64,000 nt of DNA from an uncultured cyanobacterium. Its GTDB lineage: Bacteria > Cyanobacteriota > Cyanobacteriia > Phormidesmidales > Phormidesmidaceae. The stretch covers positions 288,001-352,000 of the forward strand of contig CAWBZI010000001.1 in NCBI GenBank assembly GCA_963793265.1, written 5' to 3'. The notes beneath the pieces were generated by a model. The model ran no database searches. It worked only from the letters and a program-made list of their open reading frames with translations, and was not told the origin of the DNA. How positions within the stretch are numbered: position 1 is the first letter of the stretch; each line of letters opens with the position of its first letter. Shown piece after piece: positions 9,434-17,713 of this stretch. A program made the translations under genes and the position numbers.

Positions 9434-10294
9434 TTAGCGATAGTCATCTGGTTTTTCTAGTCGATCGCGTGCGTTTTTGAGCGATCGCACTACATCACGC
9501 GGGCTATCAAGCGCGCGCAGGTCACTGATTTGAGGCGGGTGCGATCGCAGCCCTGCATACAGCTCTTGCGCCAGCCGCGTTCTGTTCGTAATCAGCTCCT
9601 CGCCTGCCGCCCAGTTTGTAATCCACTGGCCCAAAGACGCAATTGGCTGGCCGACGGTTTTTTGCAATAGCTGTAGCACCACCCATCCTAACGCCGCACT
9701 GGTAAACGACTCCCATAGGTCTAGAGGGGCAATCACATCGATACCCACTACCACCGCCAGCAGCGTCCAAATCGAGAGCAGCACAAATATCCCACCCCCA
9801 AAGTAAGGCAGCATGATAAACACGCCAAAGAGCATTAGGGGCGCATAGCTAAAGCCCAGCGTTCGCAGCACGGTGAGTAATGATAAGTCGCCCGCAAAAG
9901 CCGTGTTGAGAATAACCCAAATGCTCAGCGCCCAAAAGCCGTAGCCAATGGTGAAAAATAGGGCCGAAATCAGCAGGCTCAGCACGAATCGTAGGGGCCG
10001 AACCTGATTGATAAAGAGCACTACCATCTGGCTCAAAGACTGAGCAAATCCGGCCAAAAACACAATGGTGAGGGCGGCGAGCAGGCTGTGCGGATGGGTG
10101 TGAATGCTTTGGAGCGTGGGAATGTTGAGGGCGATCGCACCCGATATTAAATGCCATAAATCACTAAAGGCATCCTTGCGCGGCAGTTCAATCAGCAGCC
10201 TTCCACCAGAAGCACCAAAAGGAACAGAAAGCGACTCACTAAGCAGCCCGCAGAAGAGCCGACTCAAACTAACCAACTGACCGCTCAAAAACAC
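9434..10294 (-). CDS. Yip1-like multi-pass membrane protein
   Basis: About 5 TM helices. LFINQV.P.RF and GFSYAP motifs. Start uncertain. Confidence 0.6.
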   Translation of the reverse strand: MFLSGQLVSLSRLFCGLLSESLSVPFGASGGRLLIELPRKDAFSDLWHLISGAIALNIPTLQSIHTHPHSLLAALTIVFLAGFAQSLSQMVVLFINQVRPLRFVLSLLISALFFTIGYGFWALSIWVILNTAFAGDLSLLTVLRTLGFSYAPLMLFGVFIMLPYFGGGIFVLLSIWTLLAVVVGIDVIAPLDLWESFTSAALGWVVLQLLQKTVGQPIASLGQWITNWAAGEELITNRTRLAQELYAGLRSHPPQISDLRALDSPRDVVRSLKNARDRLEKPDDYR

Positions 10295-10405
10295 CGATTA
10301 ATCGCACCTATGCACTTTAGAACCTTCGGGATCGTAGGCGATGGAGCGACGACATCGCAACTGCTTTTGAACCGCTTCTCGAACCGCCCAGTAAACGCTT
10401 ACGCT

Positions 10406-11311
10406 TTAGTACTTAATCCGATCCTTATTCTTATTTACGCCTGCATTCTTTTCCAAAAACTCAATCGTCTTCCCGGCCACATCAATCTCAGTCGCCTTCT
10501 CAATCCCCTCTAGCCCCGGCGACGAGTTCACCTCCATCACCACCGGCCCTTTATTCGACCGCAGCAAATCCACACCCGCTATCATCAGCCCCATCGCCTT
10601 AGCCGCCTTCACAGCCGTCGCCCGCTCATCGGGGGTCAGCTTAATCTGCTGCGCATTGCCGCCCCTGTGCAGGTTAGATCGAAACTCTCCCGGCGCGCCC
10701 TGTCGCTTCATCGCCGCGACGACCTTACCGCCAATCACAAAGCACCGCAGATCAGCGCCTTTCGCTTCAGCAATAAATTCCTGCACCAAAATATTCGCAT
10801 CGAGCCCTCTAAACGCTTCAATCACTGACGTTGCTGCCTGATGCGTCTCAGTGAGCACCACGCCAATGCCCTGCGTTCCTTCTAGCAGCTTAATCACCAG
10901 CGGCGCGCCGCCTACAATATTAATCAGCCCCTCAATATCCTTTGTAGAGTGCGCAAAGCCAGTCGTCGGCAAGCCAATTCCTTGACGAGAGAGCAGTTGC
11001 AGGCAGCGCAGCTTATCACGCGATCTAGAAATCGCCTGCGACTCGTTCGCGACAAACACGCCCATCATTTCAAACTGCCGAATCACCGCCGTGCCGTAAA
11101 ACGTATTAGACGCGCCAATCCGCGGAATTACCGCATCAACACCTTCTAACCGTTTGCCCTGGTACAAAACGTGAGGATTATCAGGCGTAATATCCATATA
11201 GCAGCGTAGATAGTCAATCACCTGCACCTCATGCCCACGCTCAATCGCCGCTTCTTTAAGGCGATGCGTCGAATAGAGAGAAGAATTTCTTGACAATATT
11301 ACTATTTTCAT
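10406..11311 (-). CDS. rimK: Ribosomal protein S6-L-glutamate ligase (ATP-grasp)
   Basis: [39 protein letters not shown] and [12 protein letters not shown] motifs. Confidence 0.97.
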   Translation of the reverse strand: MKIVILSRNSSLYSTHRLKEAAIERGHEVQVIDYLRCYMDITPDNPHVLYQGKRLEGVDAVIPRIGASNTFYGTAVIRQFEMMGVFVANESQAISRSRDKLRCLQLLSRQGIGLPTTGFAHSTKDIEGLINIVGGAPLVIKLLEGTQGIGVVLTETHQAATSVIEAFRGLDANILVQEFIAEAKGADLRCFVIGGKVVAAMKRQGAPGEFRSNLHRGGNAQQIKLTPDERATAVKAAKAMGLMIAGVDLLRSNKGPVVMEVNSSPGLEGIEKATEIDVAGKTIEFLEKNAGVNKNKDRIKY

Positions 11312-11807
11312 TTTTTGGTTTCTTACGGCTTTTTAGTTTGCGCTTGGACTTAGTGCTTTGCAAGTAGGACTTACCCGAATCTACCAGGAAGCGGCGACGC
11401 ACAGCCTGACGACCGAGCAGCATCCGAAAGCCCATCAGCTTGCGATTGGTGAGCGTGAGTTCTATGGGCCACTGCTGCGCGCCCAAGGCCACAGTGGTCG
11501 TAATCACCGGACGCAGCTCAGATTTACCACCGGAGTTGCGCACGGTTCGCATTTCGAGCAGCGGGGCTTCGGCGGTAATAGTTTTGGTGCGATCGCGCTG
11601 AGAGGGATGAACCTTAAAGCGAACGAATTCTACGCCTTCACGCTCAAACGTTTCGATATCGAAAGCGTGTAGGGCTGAGGAACGCGCCCCTGTATCAATT
11701 TTGGCTTTAACGCTGCTGATATTTAGCTCGGGCAGCACGACCCGCTCTCGCCAGCCAATGAGCGGTAGATGGGGCTGTGGGCTGGCTGTTGTCTCTTTAG
11801 CCGTCAT
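11256..11807 (-). CDS. RimB-like retropepsin-fold protease (annotated elsewhere as putative ATP-dependent zinc protease)
   Basis: [19 protein letters not shown] and MLLGR motifs. Directly upstream of rimK. Likely start ATG 11807 (the ORF track extends to 11897). Confidence 0.88.
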   Translation of the reverse strand: MTAKETTASPQPHLPLIGWRERVVLPELNISSVKAKIDTGARSSALHAFDIETFEREGVEFVRFKVHPSQRDRTKTITAEAPLLEMRTVRNSGGKSELRPVITTTVALGAQQWPIELTLTNRKLMGFRMLLGRQAVRRRFLVDSGKSYLQSTKSKRKLKSRKKPKNENSNIVKKFFSLFDASP

Positions 11808-11915
11808 GGAATACTGCGAATCTTTAGCATCTACGTTACTGTGAACGCTCACACTATCATCAAGCAGGTATAGCGCAAAACTATACCGAAAGAACAATCG
11901 GGAGTAACTATAACT

Positions 11916-12683
11916 ATGACAGATGGAAGCTCAAAAATTGCACTGGTCACTGGGTCTAGTAAAGGACTGGGCAAAAATACCGCTTTAGCTTTAGCGAAAA
12001 AAGGGACAGATGTGGTTGTGACCTATCACACGAATCAGGATGAAGCTAAAAGTGTGGTTACGAAGATTGAAGAGACGGGGGCTCGTGCGATCGCCCTTCA
12101 GCTCGATACGTCAAACACTCAAGATATTGACAAATTCGTAGGGCAATTTAAGCAGGCACTAAAAGAGAAATGGCAGACTGAACAGTTTGATTTTTTGGTT
12201 AATAATGCAGGCGTTGGCATTAATGTACCGTTTGCAGAAACGACAGAACAACAGTTTGATAGCATGATGAATATTCATGTGAAGGGCACCTTTTTTGTCA
12301 CGCAAAAGCTGCTGCCTTTGATCAAAGATGGTGGACGCATTGTGAATACCTCTTCGGGGTTAGCGCGATTTTCTCTACCAGGCTATGCGGCCTATGGCAG
12401 CGCTAAAGGTGCCGTTGAGGTGCTAACGCGGTATATGGCAAAAGAGCTAGGCGAGCGGCAGATCACGGTAAACGTGGTGGCACCGGGAGCCATTGAGACT
12501 GATTTTGGCGGCGGTGCGGTGCGAGATAATCAAGATCTTAATGACACGCTCTCTTCGATGACGGCGCTCGGTCGCGTGGGGGTACCGGATGATATTGGAG
12601 GTATGATCGCCTCTCTCCTTTCAGAAGAGAACCGATGGGTTAACGGTCAAAGAATTGAAATCTCAGGCGGCATCTTTCTCTAA
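11916..12683 (+). CDS. Short-chain dehydrogenase/reductase (SDR)
   Basis: TGSSKGLG, NNAG, YGSAK and VAPGAIETD motifs. Confidence 0.95.
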   Translation: MTDGSSKIALVTGSSKGLGKNTALALAKKGTDVVVTYHTNQDEAKSVVTKIEETGARAIALQLDTSNTQDIDKFVGQFKQALKEKWQTEQFDFLVNNAGVGINVPFAETTEQQFDSMMNIHVKGTFFVTQKLLPLIKDGGRIVNTSSGLARFSLPGYAAYGSAKGAVEVLTRYMAKELGERQITVNVVAPGAIETDFGGGAVRDNQDLNDTLSSMTALGRVGVPDDIGGMIASLLSEENRWVNGQRIEISGGIFL

Positions 12684-12700
12684 GAATATAGATAAAAACG

Positions 12701-12725
12701 GTAGGGGCGTAAGATCTTACGCTCT
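12701..12725 (+). repeat. GTAG-type REP-like palindrome. Related copies at 3259-3283 (-) and 21564-21589 (-)
   Basis: GTAGGGGCGTAAGATCTTACGCTCT here, GTAGGGGCGTAAGGCTTTACGCCTC at 3283-3259, and GTAGGGGCATAGCACGCTATGCCCCC at 21589-21564. Confidence 0.6.
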
Positions 12726-12746
12726 CCAATCTCTACGCCCCTCCGA

Positions 12747-13946
12747 TCAACCAGCAGACACAGGCACACCATCAAACTTATTAATTGCCACCAGTAAAAG
12801 GCTCAAAACACCCACAACCATTACAGGAGAAAGCACCGCCCCAAGCGGAATTAAACAAAGAGAGAACAAAGCTAGCAGTAGCCGCATCGCAACCACCCGC
12901 CTCGGCAGTGAATTAGGTGATGCCCACTGCAACGTCGTCACGCCGACCAAAAACACAGCAATCCCGCCACAAAGCACCGCCCGCACCTCGGTCACAAACG
13001 CCTCCCCCGAAGCCGCTTCAATCGCAAACTGCACGCCCACGCCCGTTGCCACAATTCCCATAAACGCAAAAACGTGGCTGTAGCCATACACATAAGACTT
13101 CAGCAGCGCCCTCTTCCCACCGCGCAAAGCCTGGTCAATCGTCGATTCGTCCGATCGCTCAAAGTACATCCACCAAAGGCTTATGGCTGTTAAAAAACCA
13201 GCACTTGCCGTCAGTACGTTTTGCCACTGCCACGTTGTTTCAGCAACACCTGTGGCCACCGCAATAATGGCCTCGCCCAGCACGATAATTACGAACAGGC
13301 CAAATCTCTCGTCCATGTGAGACTTTTGCGCGGGCACGTTGCGAATGGTGAGATAGGTGATGGGGCCGTTACTGATTTCGATAAAGAGTGCGATCGCCCA
13401 CAGCCAAAAGCGCAGCGGCACGGGCACCACAATTGACAGCAGCCACAAAAAGAACGCCACCGAAAAGCTCATCACATACCGCCCTGACAGCTCCCGAGAC
13501 TGCGGCACAAACCGCCAAGCCTGCATATATAGCGCAATAATCGCCAGCCGCAATGCCGCATACGCCGCTGCAAAATTAGCCGAACCGCCATGCGTCACAT
13601 CATGAATAGTCAGCGCCATCACCACAATGCCAAACATCACGCCTAGTATCGCCAGCCGATACGGCCCCTGATCGACATCAAACTGATCGGCATAGTAGCT
13701 AAAGTCAATCCACAGCCACCAAACCGGAATGAACAGACCTGCAAAGCTCAGAATGCCTGTCCAGCTTGCATCACCATGAAGCAGATGCGCCAGTTCGGCA
13801 ATCGATAGAACAAAGACCAAATCAAAAAATAGCTCTAGCCAGGTGGCATGTCGAGGTGAGCGATCGCTCCCACCCGCATGTAAGCTCAGCGGGCGCGAAG
13901 GCTTAGACTGTAACTGAAACCATTTGGAAGGAGTAGGAGGAATCAT
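12747..13946 (-). CDS. ltrA: Low temperature requirement protein A family membrane protein
   Basis: ATWLELFFDLVFV and ERFGLFVIIVLGE motifs. Confidence 0.9.
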   Translation of the reverse strand: MIPPTPSKWFQLQSKPSRPLSLHAGGSDRSPRHATWLELFFDLVFVLSIAELAHLLHGDASWTGILSFAGLFIPVWWLWIDFSYYADQFDVDQGPYRLAILGVMFGIVVMALTIHDVTHGGSANFAAAYAALRLAIIALYMQAWRFVPQSRELSGRYVMSFSVAFFLWLLSIVVPVPLRFWLWAIALFIEISNGPITYLTIRNVPAQKSHMDERFGLFVIIVLGEAIIAVATGVAETTWQWQNVLTASAGFLTAISLWWMYFERSDESTIDQALRGGKRALLKSYVYGYSHVFAFMGIVATGVGVQFAIEAASGEAFVTEVRAVLCGGIAVFLVGVTTLQWASPNSLPRRVVAMRLLLALFSLCLIPLGAVLSPVMVVGVLSLLLVAINKFDGVPVSAG

Positions 13947-14223
13947 GAGACGTTGTAGATAGCTCGCGATGGCTTCATCTTATGGGGTATGTCCTGCGGT
14001 CGAAGTGTCTCTTTAGGCTGATTGCGATGTACGTGTTTAGCGTTAGTCATTTGATGGCTTAAGTTGCTGACCCACCCCGTCGCTGTGCGCCACCCCTGTC
14101 TTGGTGCGCGTTCCCAGCGCCGCAAAGCGACGTGGGGTCGCACCGCTCCGGCAGAGGGGAAACTGGCTGTGTGTTTGGAGAGACAGGACTTGGTTCCCTT
14201 TGGAAACAATTCTGGATAACGGC

Positions 14224-14754
14224 TTAGACAACAACAATTCTCAAATCTTTAAGTTGTAGGTTTCCCTTATAGAGAACATGGGGAATTCGGTGAAAAAGCA
14301 GTGGAGATTGCCCCGTTTTTTGACTGTCTTTGTAGTATTCAATCGTTGCTTCAGGCATGTGAGATAAGCCAGCCAAAGCGCTATTGTGAAACGGGCGAAA
14401 GTCATCAGCCATCTTCGTGAAGTCGAGGTAGGTTTTAGGCGGATGAAGATAAATGACAGCATTGTCTGGATTGAAGCCGAGCGCTACCGGATTTACTTCA
14501 AACCAATGCATTGGTTGCAGCTCAATTCCAGCAGATTCTAAGCCTTCTTTAATTAATTTTGGGTGAACAGGAGAGAAGTGCAAAACATCGTTCCAAGAGC
14601 ATTTGAGTACAGGAATTATTTGCTGTGTAAGCACCTCGCGCCTGGCATATTTTTTGGCAGCCTCAGCATAGAGCTTAGGAAATTCTTGTCTCAGTGCATT
14701 AAGCGGATATAGAACGGAGCCAGAGAGATTGTTTGGAACGCGATGATACAGCAT
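14224..14754 (-). CDS. Conserved-looking hypothetical protein
   Basis: 176-aa ORF with LYH..P, LYPLN, C.WNDVLHFSP.HP and IPHVLYKG motifs. Confidence 0.7.
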   Translation of the reverse strand: MLYHRVPNNLSGSVLYPLNALRQEFPKLYAEAAKKYARREVLTQQIIPVLKCSWNDVLHFSPVHPKLIKEGLESAGIELQPMHWFEVNPVALGFNPDNAVIYLHPPKTYLDFTKMADDFRPFHNSALAGLSHMPEATIEYYKDSQKTGQSPLLFHRIPHVLYKGNLQLKDLRIVVV

Positions 14755-14815
14755 AGCAGCACGGTTTGGTTTAACGGATTCGGTTATAGTTCAGTGACGC
14801 ATATGCAAAAGACCT

Positions 14816-15541
14816 ATGGCTCAACCAAAAACTCAACCGAAAAAACAGATTATTGCGCTTGGCGGTGGCGGCTTTTCGATGGAGCCTGATAATCTCTTGC
14901 TGGATCGCTATATTTTAGAGCAATCATCTCAATCAGTGCCCAACGTTTGCTTTTTGCCAACCGCTAGCGGGGACAGCGATCGCTACATCACCCGCTTTTA
15001 TGCTGCTTTCACTCAGCTCAACTGCCGTCCCTCTCACCTCAGTCTTTTTCGCCCACCTACAGAAAGTCCCGATACCTATCTGAAAAGACAAGATATTGTC
15101 TATGTTGGTGGTGGCTCGACCGTTAACATGCTGGCCATCTGGAAAGTATGGAGATTAGACCAATCGCTGCGGCAAGCCTGGGAGAGCGGCACTATTCTTT
15201 GCGGGCTTAGCGCAGGTTCACTCTGTTGGTTTGAAGAAGGGCTTTCGGATTCGGTTGCACCTGGAAAGTATGCAAGAATAGAAGGATTAGGCTTTTTGAA
15301 AGGCAGTCACTGCCCGCACTACGATGGGGAAAGCGAGCGACGCCCCGTTTACCGGCAGCATATTAAGAGTGGAGCGTTAGCCGAAGGAATTGCCGCTGAT
15401 GATGGCGTTGCCCTGCATTATATTGATGACGACTTAAGCGAAGTTATCAGCTCACGCCCAGCAGCCAAAGCCTATCGCATTTATCAAAAGAATACAAGTG
15501 TGCAAGAAGATATAATTGAACCACAGTATCTAGGAGAATAG
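14816..15541 (+). CDS. Peptidase E / S51 family (class I glutamine amidotransferase-like)
   Basis: IIALGGGGFS, PTASGD, VGGGST, GLSAG nucleophile and CPHYD motifs. Confidence 0.92.
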   Translation: MAQPKTQPKKQIIALGGGGFSMEPDNLLLDRYILEQSSQSVPNVCFLPTASGDSDRYITRFYAAFTQLNCRPSHLSLFRPPTESPDTYLKRQDIVYVGGGSTVNMLAIWKVWRLDQSLRQAWESGTILCGLSAGSLCWFEEGLSDSVAPGKYARIEGLGFLKGSHCPHYDGESERRPVYRQHIKSGALAEGIAADDGVALHYIDDDLSEVISSRPAAKAYRIYQKNTSVQEDIIEPQYLGE

Positions 15542-15656
15542 ATAGTAGCTATATTGATCAAAAAAGACTTATGCGATCGCTCAATTTGGCAGTTCTCAGG
15601 CAAACGCTTTAGGATAGACAGCGGTGCGTGAATAGCAGTCGCTTAGAAGAACTAAA

Positions 15657-17168
15657 GTGAGCCAGAAAGAAATTACGTTGCCTGTTAAGCCTCAGCCTAG
15701 CCACAGTCGTAATCGTAGCTATGCGGCTTATGCGATCGCACTCACCTTCATCCTGCTCGCACTCGGCCGATTTGTGAACCTCACCGCTGACTTTCCCAAC
15801 GGGCTCACTAGCTACGGCGCAACCTACACAGACGAGGGCTGGTGGTCACGAAATGCGGTTGCTCTCGTCAGAGAAGGCAACTGGTATATAGACGACGGCT
15901 ACAATACGATTTTGAATTTGCCGACCGTGCCGCTGCTGCAAACGCTGTGGTTTAAGGCTTTTGGGGTGTCGCAAGCGGCGGCTAGAGCGCTAACGGCGAC
16001 CTGTTCTGTAATAGTGAGCGCGCTGGTATATGCGATCGCCCGCCGCGAACTCAAACCCTCTCTAGCCTGGATCGCGCCTTTCATCATTCTCAGCAGCTAT
16101 CCAGTCTTTGCCTTTAGCCGCATTGCCCTGCTCGAAATGCCGATGATGGTACTGGTGCTGCTGAGTTTGTGGCTGGCAACGGTGCCGAATATGCGAGCGA
16201 TCGCACTCTCTGCGGGCCTAATTACCCTCGCGATTCTGGCAAAAACAACGGCGCTGTTTGCGTTACCCATGATTGCAATTCTCACGGCGCTACAGCCTGG
16301 CCCAATGCGGCAAAAGAGTCAGCGCATTTCAATATGGCTAGGCTGTTTTGCTGTGGCCTACGGCTGCTACCATCTCTTTTGGGCTCCCGAAGCATCACCT
16401 AGCTACCTGTACTTTGAGCGGTACAACGTCAGCTCTAAGATCCATAGAAGCTGGTTCTCTGCTTTTAAAGGGCCGTTGCGGGTGCTTAAGTACTGCTTCC
16501 AAACGTTTCCTATTCTGTTTCCATTGCTGGCAGTTTGTGCGATCGCTCTAGCCAAAATTAAAAAATACCGCACCAGCTATCTTGTTCAAATTATTGTTCT
16601 ATGGAGCGTTTTATTCTTAGGCGGACTCTCTGTTAGCAACTATGCCGCACCCAGATACTTTATTATTCTTATTGTGCCGATTGCGCTCTCAATTCCAGTC
16701 ACGCTAAACTACTTGTTCTCTCGATCTGACAAGGGAAAAATAGTCTTCCTGAGCGCGGTTTTACTTTCGGTTGTCATCAGCCTTTTTCGGATTTCTAGCT
16801 ACCTATACAGTCCCAGCTACAGCTTTATCAACATGGCCCAGCAGGTAGAAGCCTACGTCGCATCAAACCCTGACCATCCGCCTACTTTGATGGGCCACTT
16901 TGCCGACTCCATAGCCCTTGCAACAGACGTAAAAGCCATTAACGACGAAATGGGCTTTCAAAGCTTGCCCTATCGGATCGAAAGGTTTAATCCGGGCTAC
17001 TACCTTTCGATTGGAGCCGTCAAAGAGCCCATAGCAGCGATCTTGCAAGAGTACTACCAGCTAAAGCTTATTGAAACTTTTGATGTTTATGAAAACTACG
17101 ACTACGGCAAAGCTGTTTTCTTCTATGAGCTAACGCCCAACGAGTCGAGGCATATGGTAGAGAAGTAA
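15657..17168 (+). CDS. GT-C glycosyltransferase (ArnT/PMT, GT39/83-like)
   Basis: DE motif (TDEGWW) after TM1, many TMs, and LAK and PRY motifs. Confidence 0.8.
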   Translation: MSQKEITLPVKPQPSHSRNRSYAAYAIALTFILLALGRFVNLTADFPNGLTSYGATYTDEGWWSRNAVALVREGNWYIDDGYNTILNLPTVPLLQTLWFKAFGVSQAAARALTATCSVIVSALVYAIARRELKPSLAWIAPFIILSSYPVFAFSRIALLEMPMMVLVLLSLWLATVPNMRAIALSAGLITLAILAKTTALFALPMIAILTALQPGPMRQKSQRISIWLGCFAVAYGCYHLFWAPEASPSYLYFERYNVSSKIHRSWFSAFKGPLRVLKYCFQTFPILFPLLAVCAIALAKIKKYRTSYLVQIIVLWSVLFLGGLSVSNYAAPRYFIILIVPIALSIPVTLNYLFSRSDKGKIVFLSAVLLSVVISLFRISSYLYSPSYSFINMAQQVEAYVASNPDHPPTLMGHFADSIALATDVKAINDEMGFQSLPYRIERFNPGYYLSIGAVKEPIAAILQEYYQLKLIETFDVYENYDYGKAVFFYELTPNESRHMVEK

Positions 17169-17201
17169 GCGATCACTTTAACAGGTCTTATGCAAAAGAA
17201 T

Positions 17202-17387
17202 TTAGAGATAAGTTAGCAGCGTTAGCACGCCGATAGCCAAGACGGGAAACAGCACGCCGCACGCAGTCGAGTAGTAAAGAGAACTCGTCTTCCTTTTGCT
17301 CGTCCAGTTATTCACAAAATCACCCGCAAAATCAGCGGCCAGCCTCTCCGTTAAGTTTGCCATTGAATCATTCGATAAGTTGTTCAT
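17202..17387 (-). CDS. Small protein with C-terminal TM helix, candidate Pho-regulon member
   Basis: 61-aa ORF with AGAGG RBS-like sequence upstream, a hydrophobic C-terminus and a Pho-box pair oriented toward it. Confidence 0.45.
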   Translation of the reverse strand: MNNLSNDSMANLTERLAADFAGDFVNNWTSKRKTSSLYYSTACGVLFPVLAIGVLTLLTYL

Positions 17388-17393
17388 AAGCGC

Positions 17394-17427
17394 CTCTATG
17401 TGTTTATTAACTCTATGTGTTTATTAA
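17394..17427. repeat. Perfect 17-bp tandem duplication CTCTATGTGTTTATTAA x2
   Basis: Read directly. Confidence 0.9.
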
Positions 17428-17509
17428 ACTGTCGCATTCTTCACAGATCGATTGCCTCGCAAAAGCCCGGCCACTCACGTTTTTATACGCCTCTAACCTT
17501 ACACGCTAA

Positions 17510-17528
17510 AGGTTAACTGAAGGGTAAG
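17510..17528 (-). promoter_or_regulatory. Putative Pho box (2 units) on the minus strand
   Basis: CTTACCCT-tca-GTTAACCT with 11-bp period. Downstream TATAAA at 17487-17482. Confidence 0.55.
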
Positions 17529-17571
17529 ATATGCGATTATCCAAGTGCGTTAGTTAAACAGAATTTACTCT

Positions 17572-17601
17572 CATAACTTGTTCATAACCTTCTCTTTACC
17601 T
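17572..17601 (+). promoter_or_regulatory. Pho box (SphR/PhoB site, 3 units) upstream of the alkaline phosphatase gene
   Basis: CATAACTT-gtt-CATAACCT-tct-CTTTACCT with 11-bp period. Matches the cyanobacterial PyTTAAPyPy(T/A) consensus with one mismatch per unit. Confidence 0.8.
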
Positions 17602-17713
17602 ACAGGTCAAAAAACTTTGATAGAAGTAGTAGGCCGCTGACAAATCAGCAGCGAAAAACGGGTGCATGGCTTGCATATTAGGCATCGTCATCTTGGATTT
17701 ATAGATAAAGGTT

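Noticed and set aside
10335..10370. Fluoride-riboswitch-like start GGCGATGGAG
   Set aside because: Lacks the following GTTCGCC pairing and lies on the strand opposite the downstream genes.
13943..14209. 88-aa ORF abutting ltrA
   Set aside because: Reads through a GC-rich stem-loop element, with no recognisable protein features.
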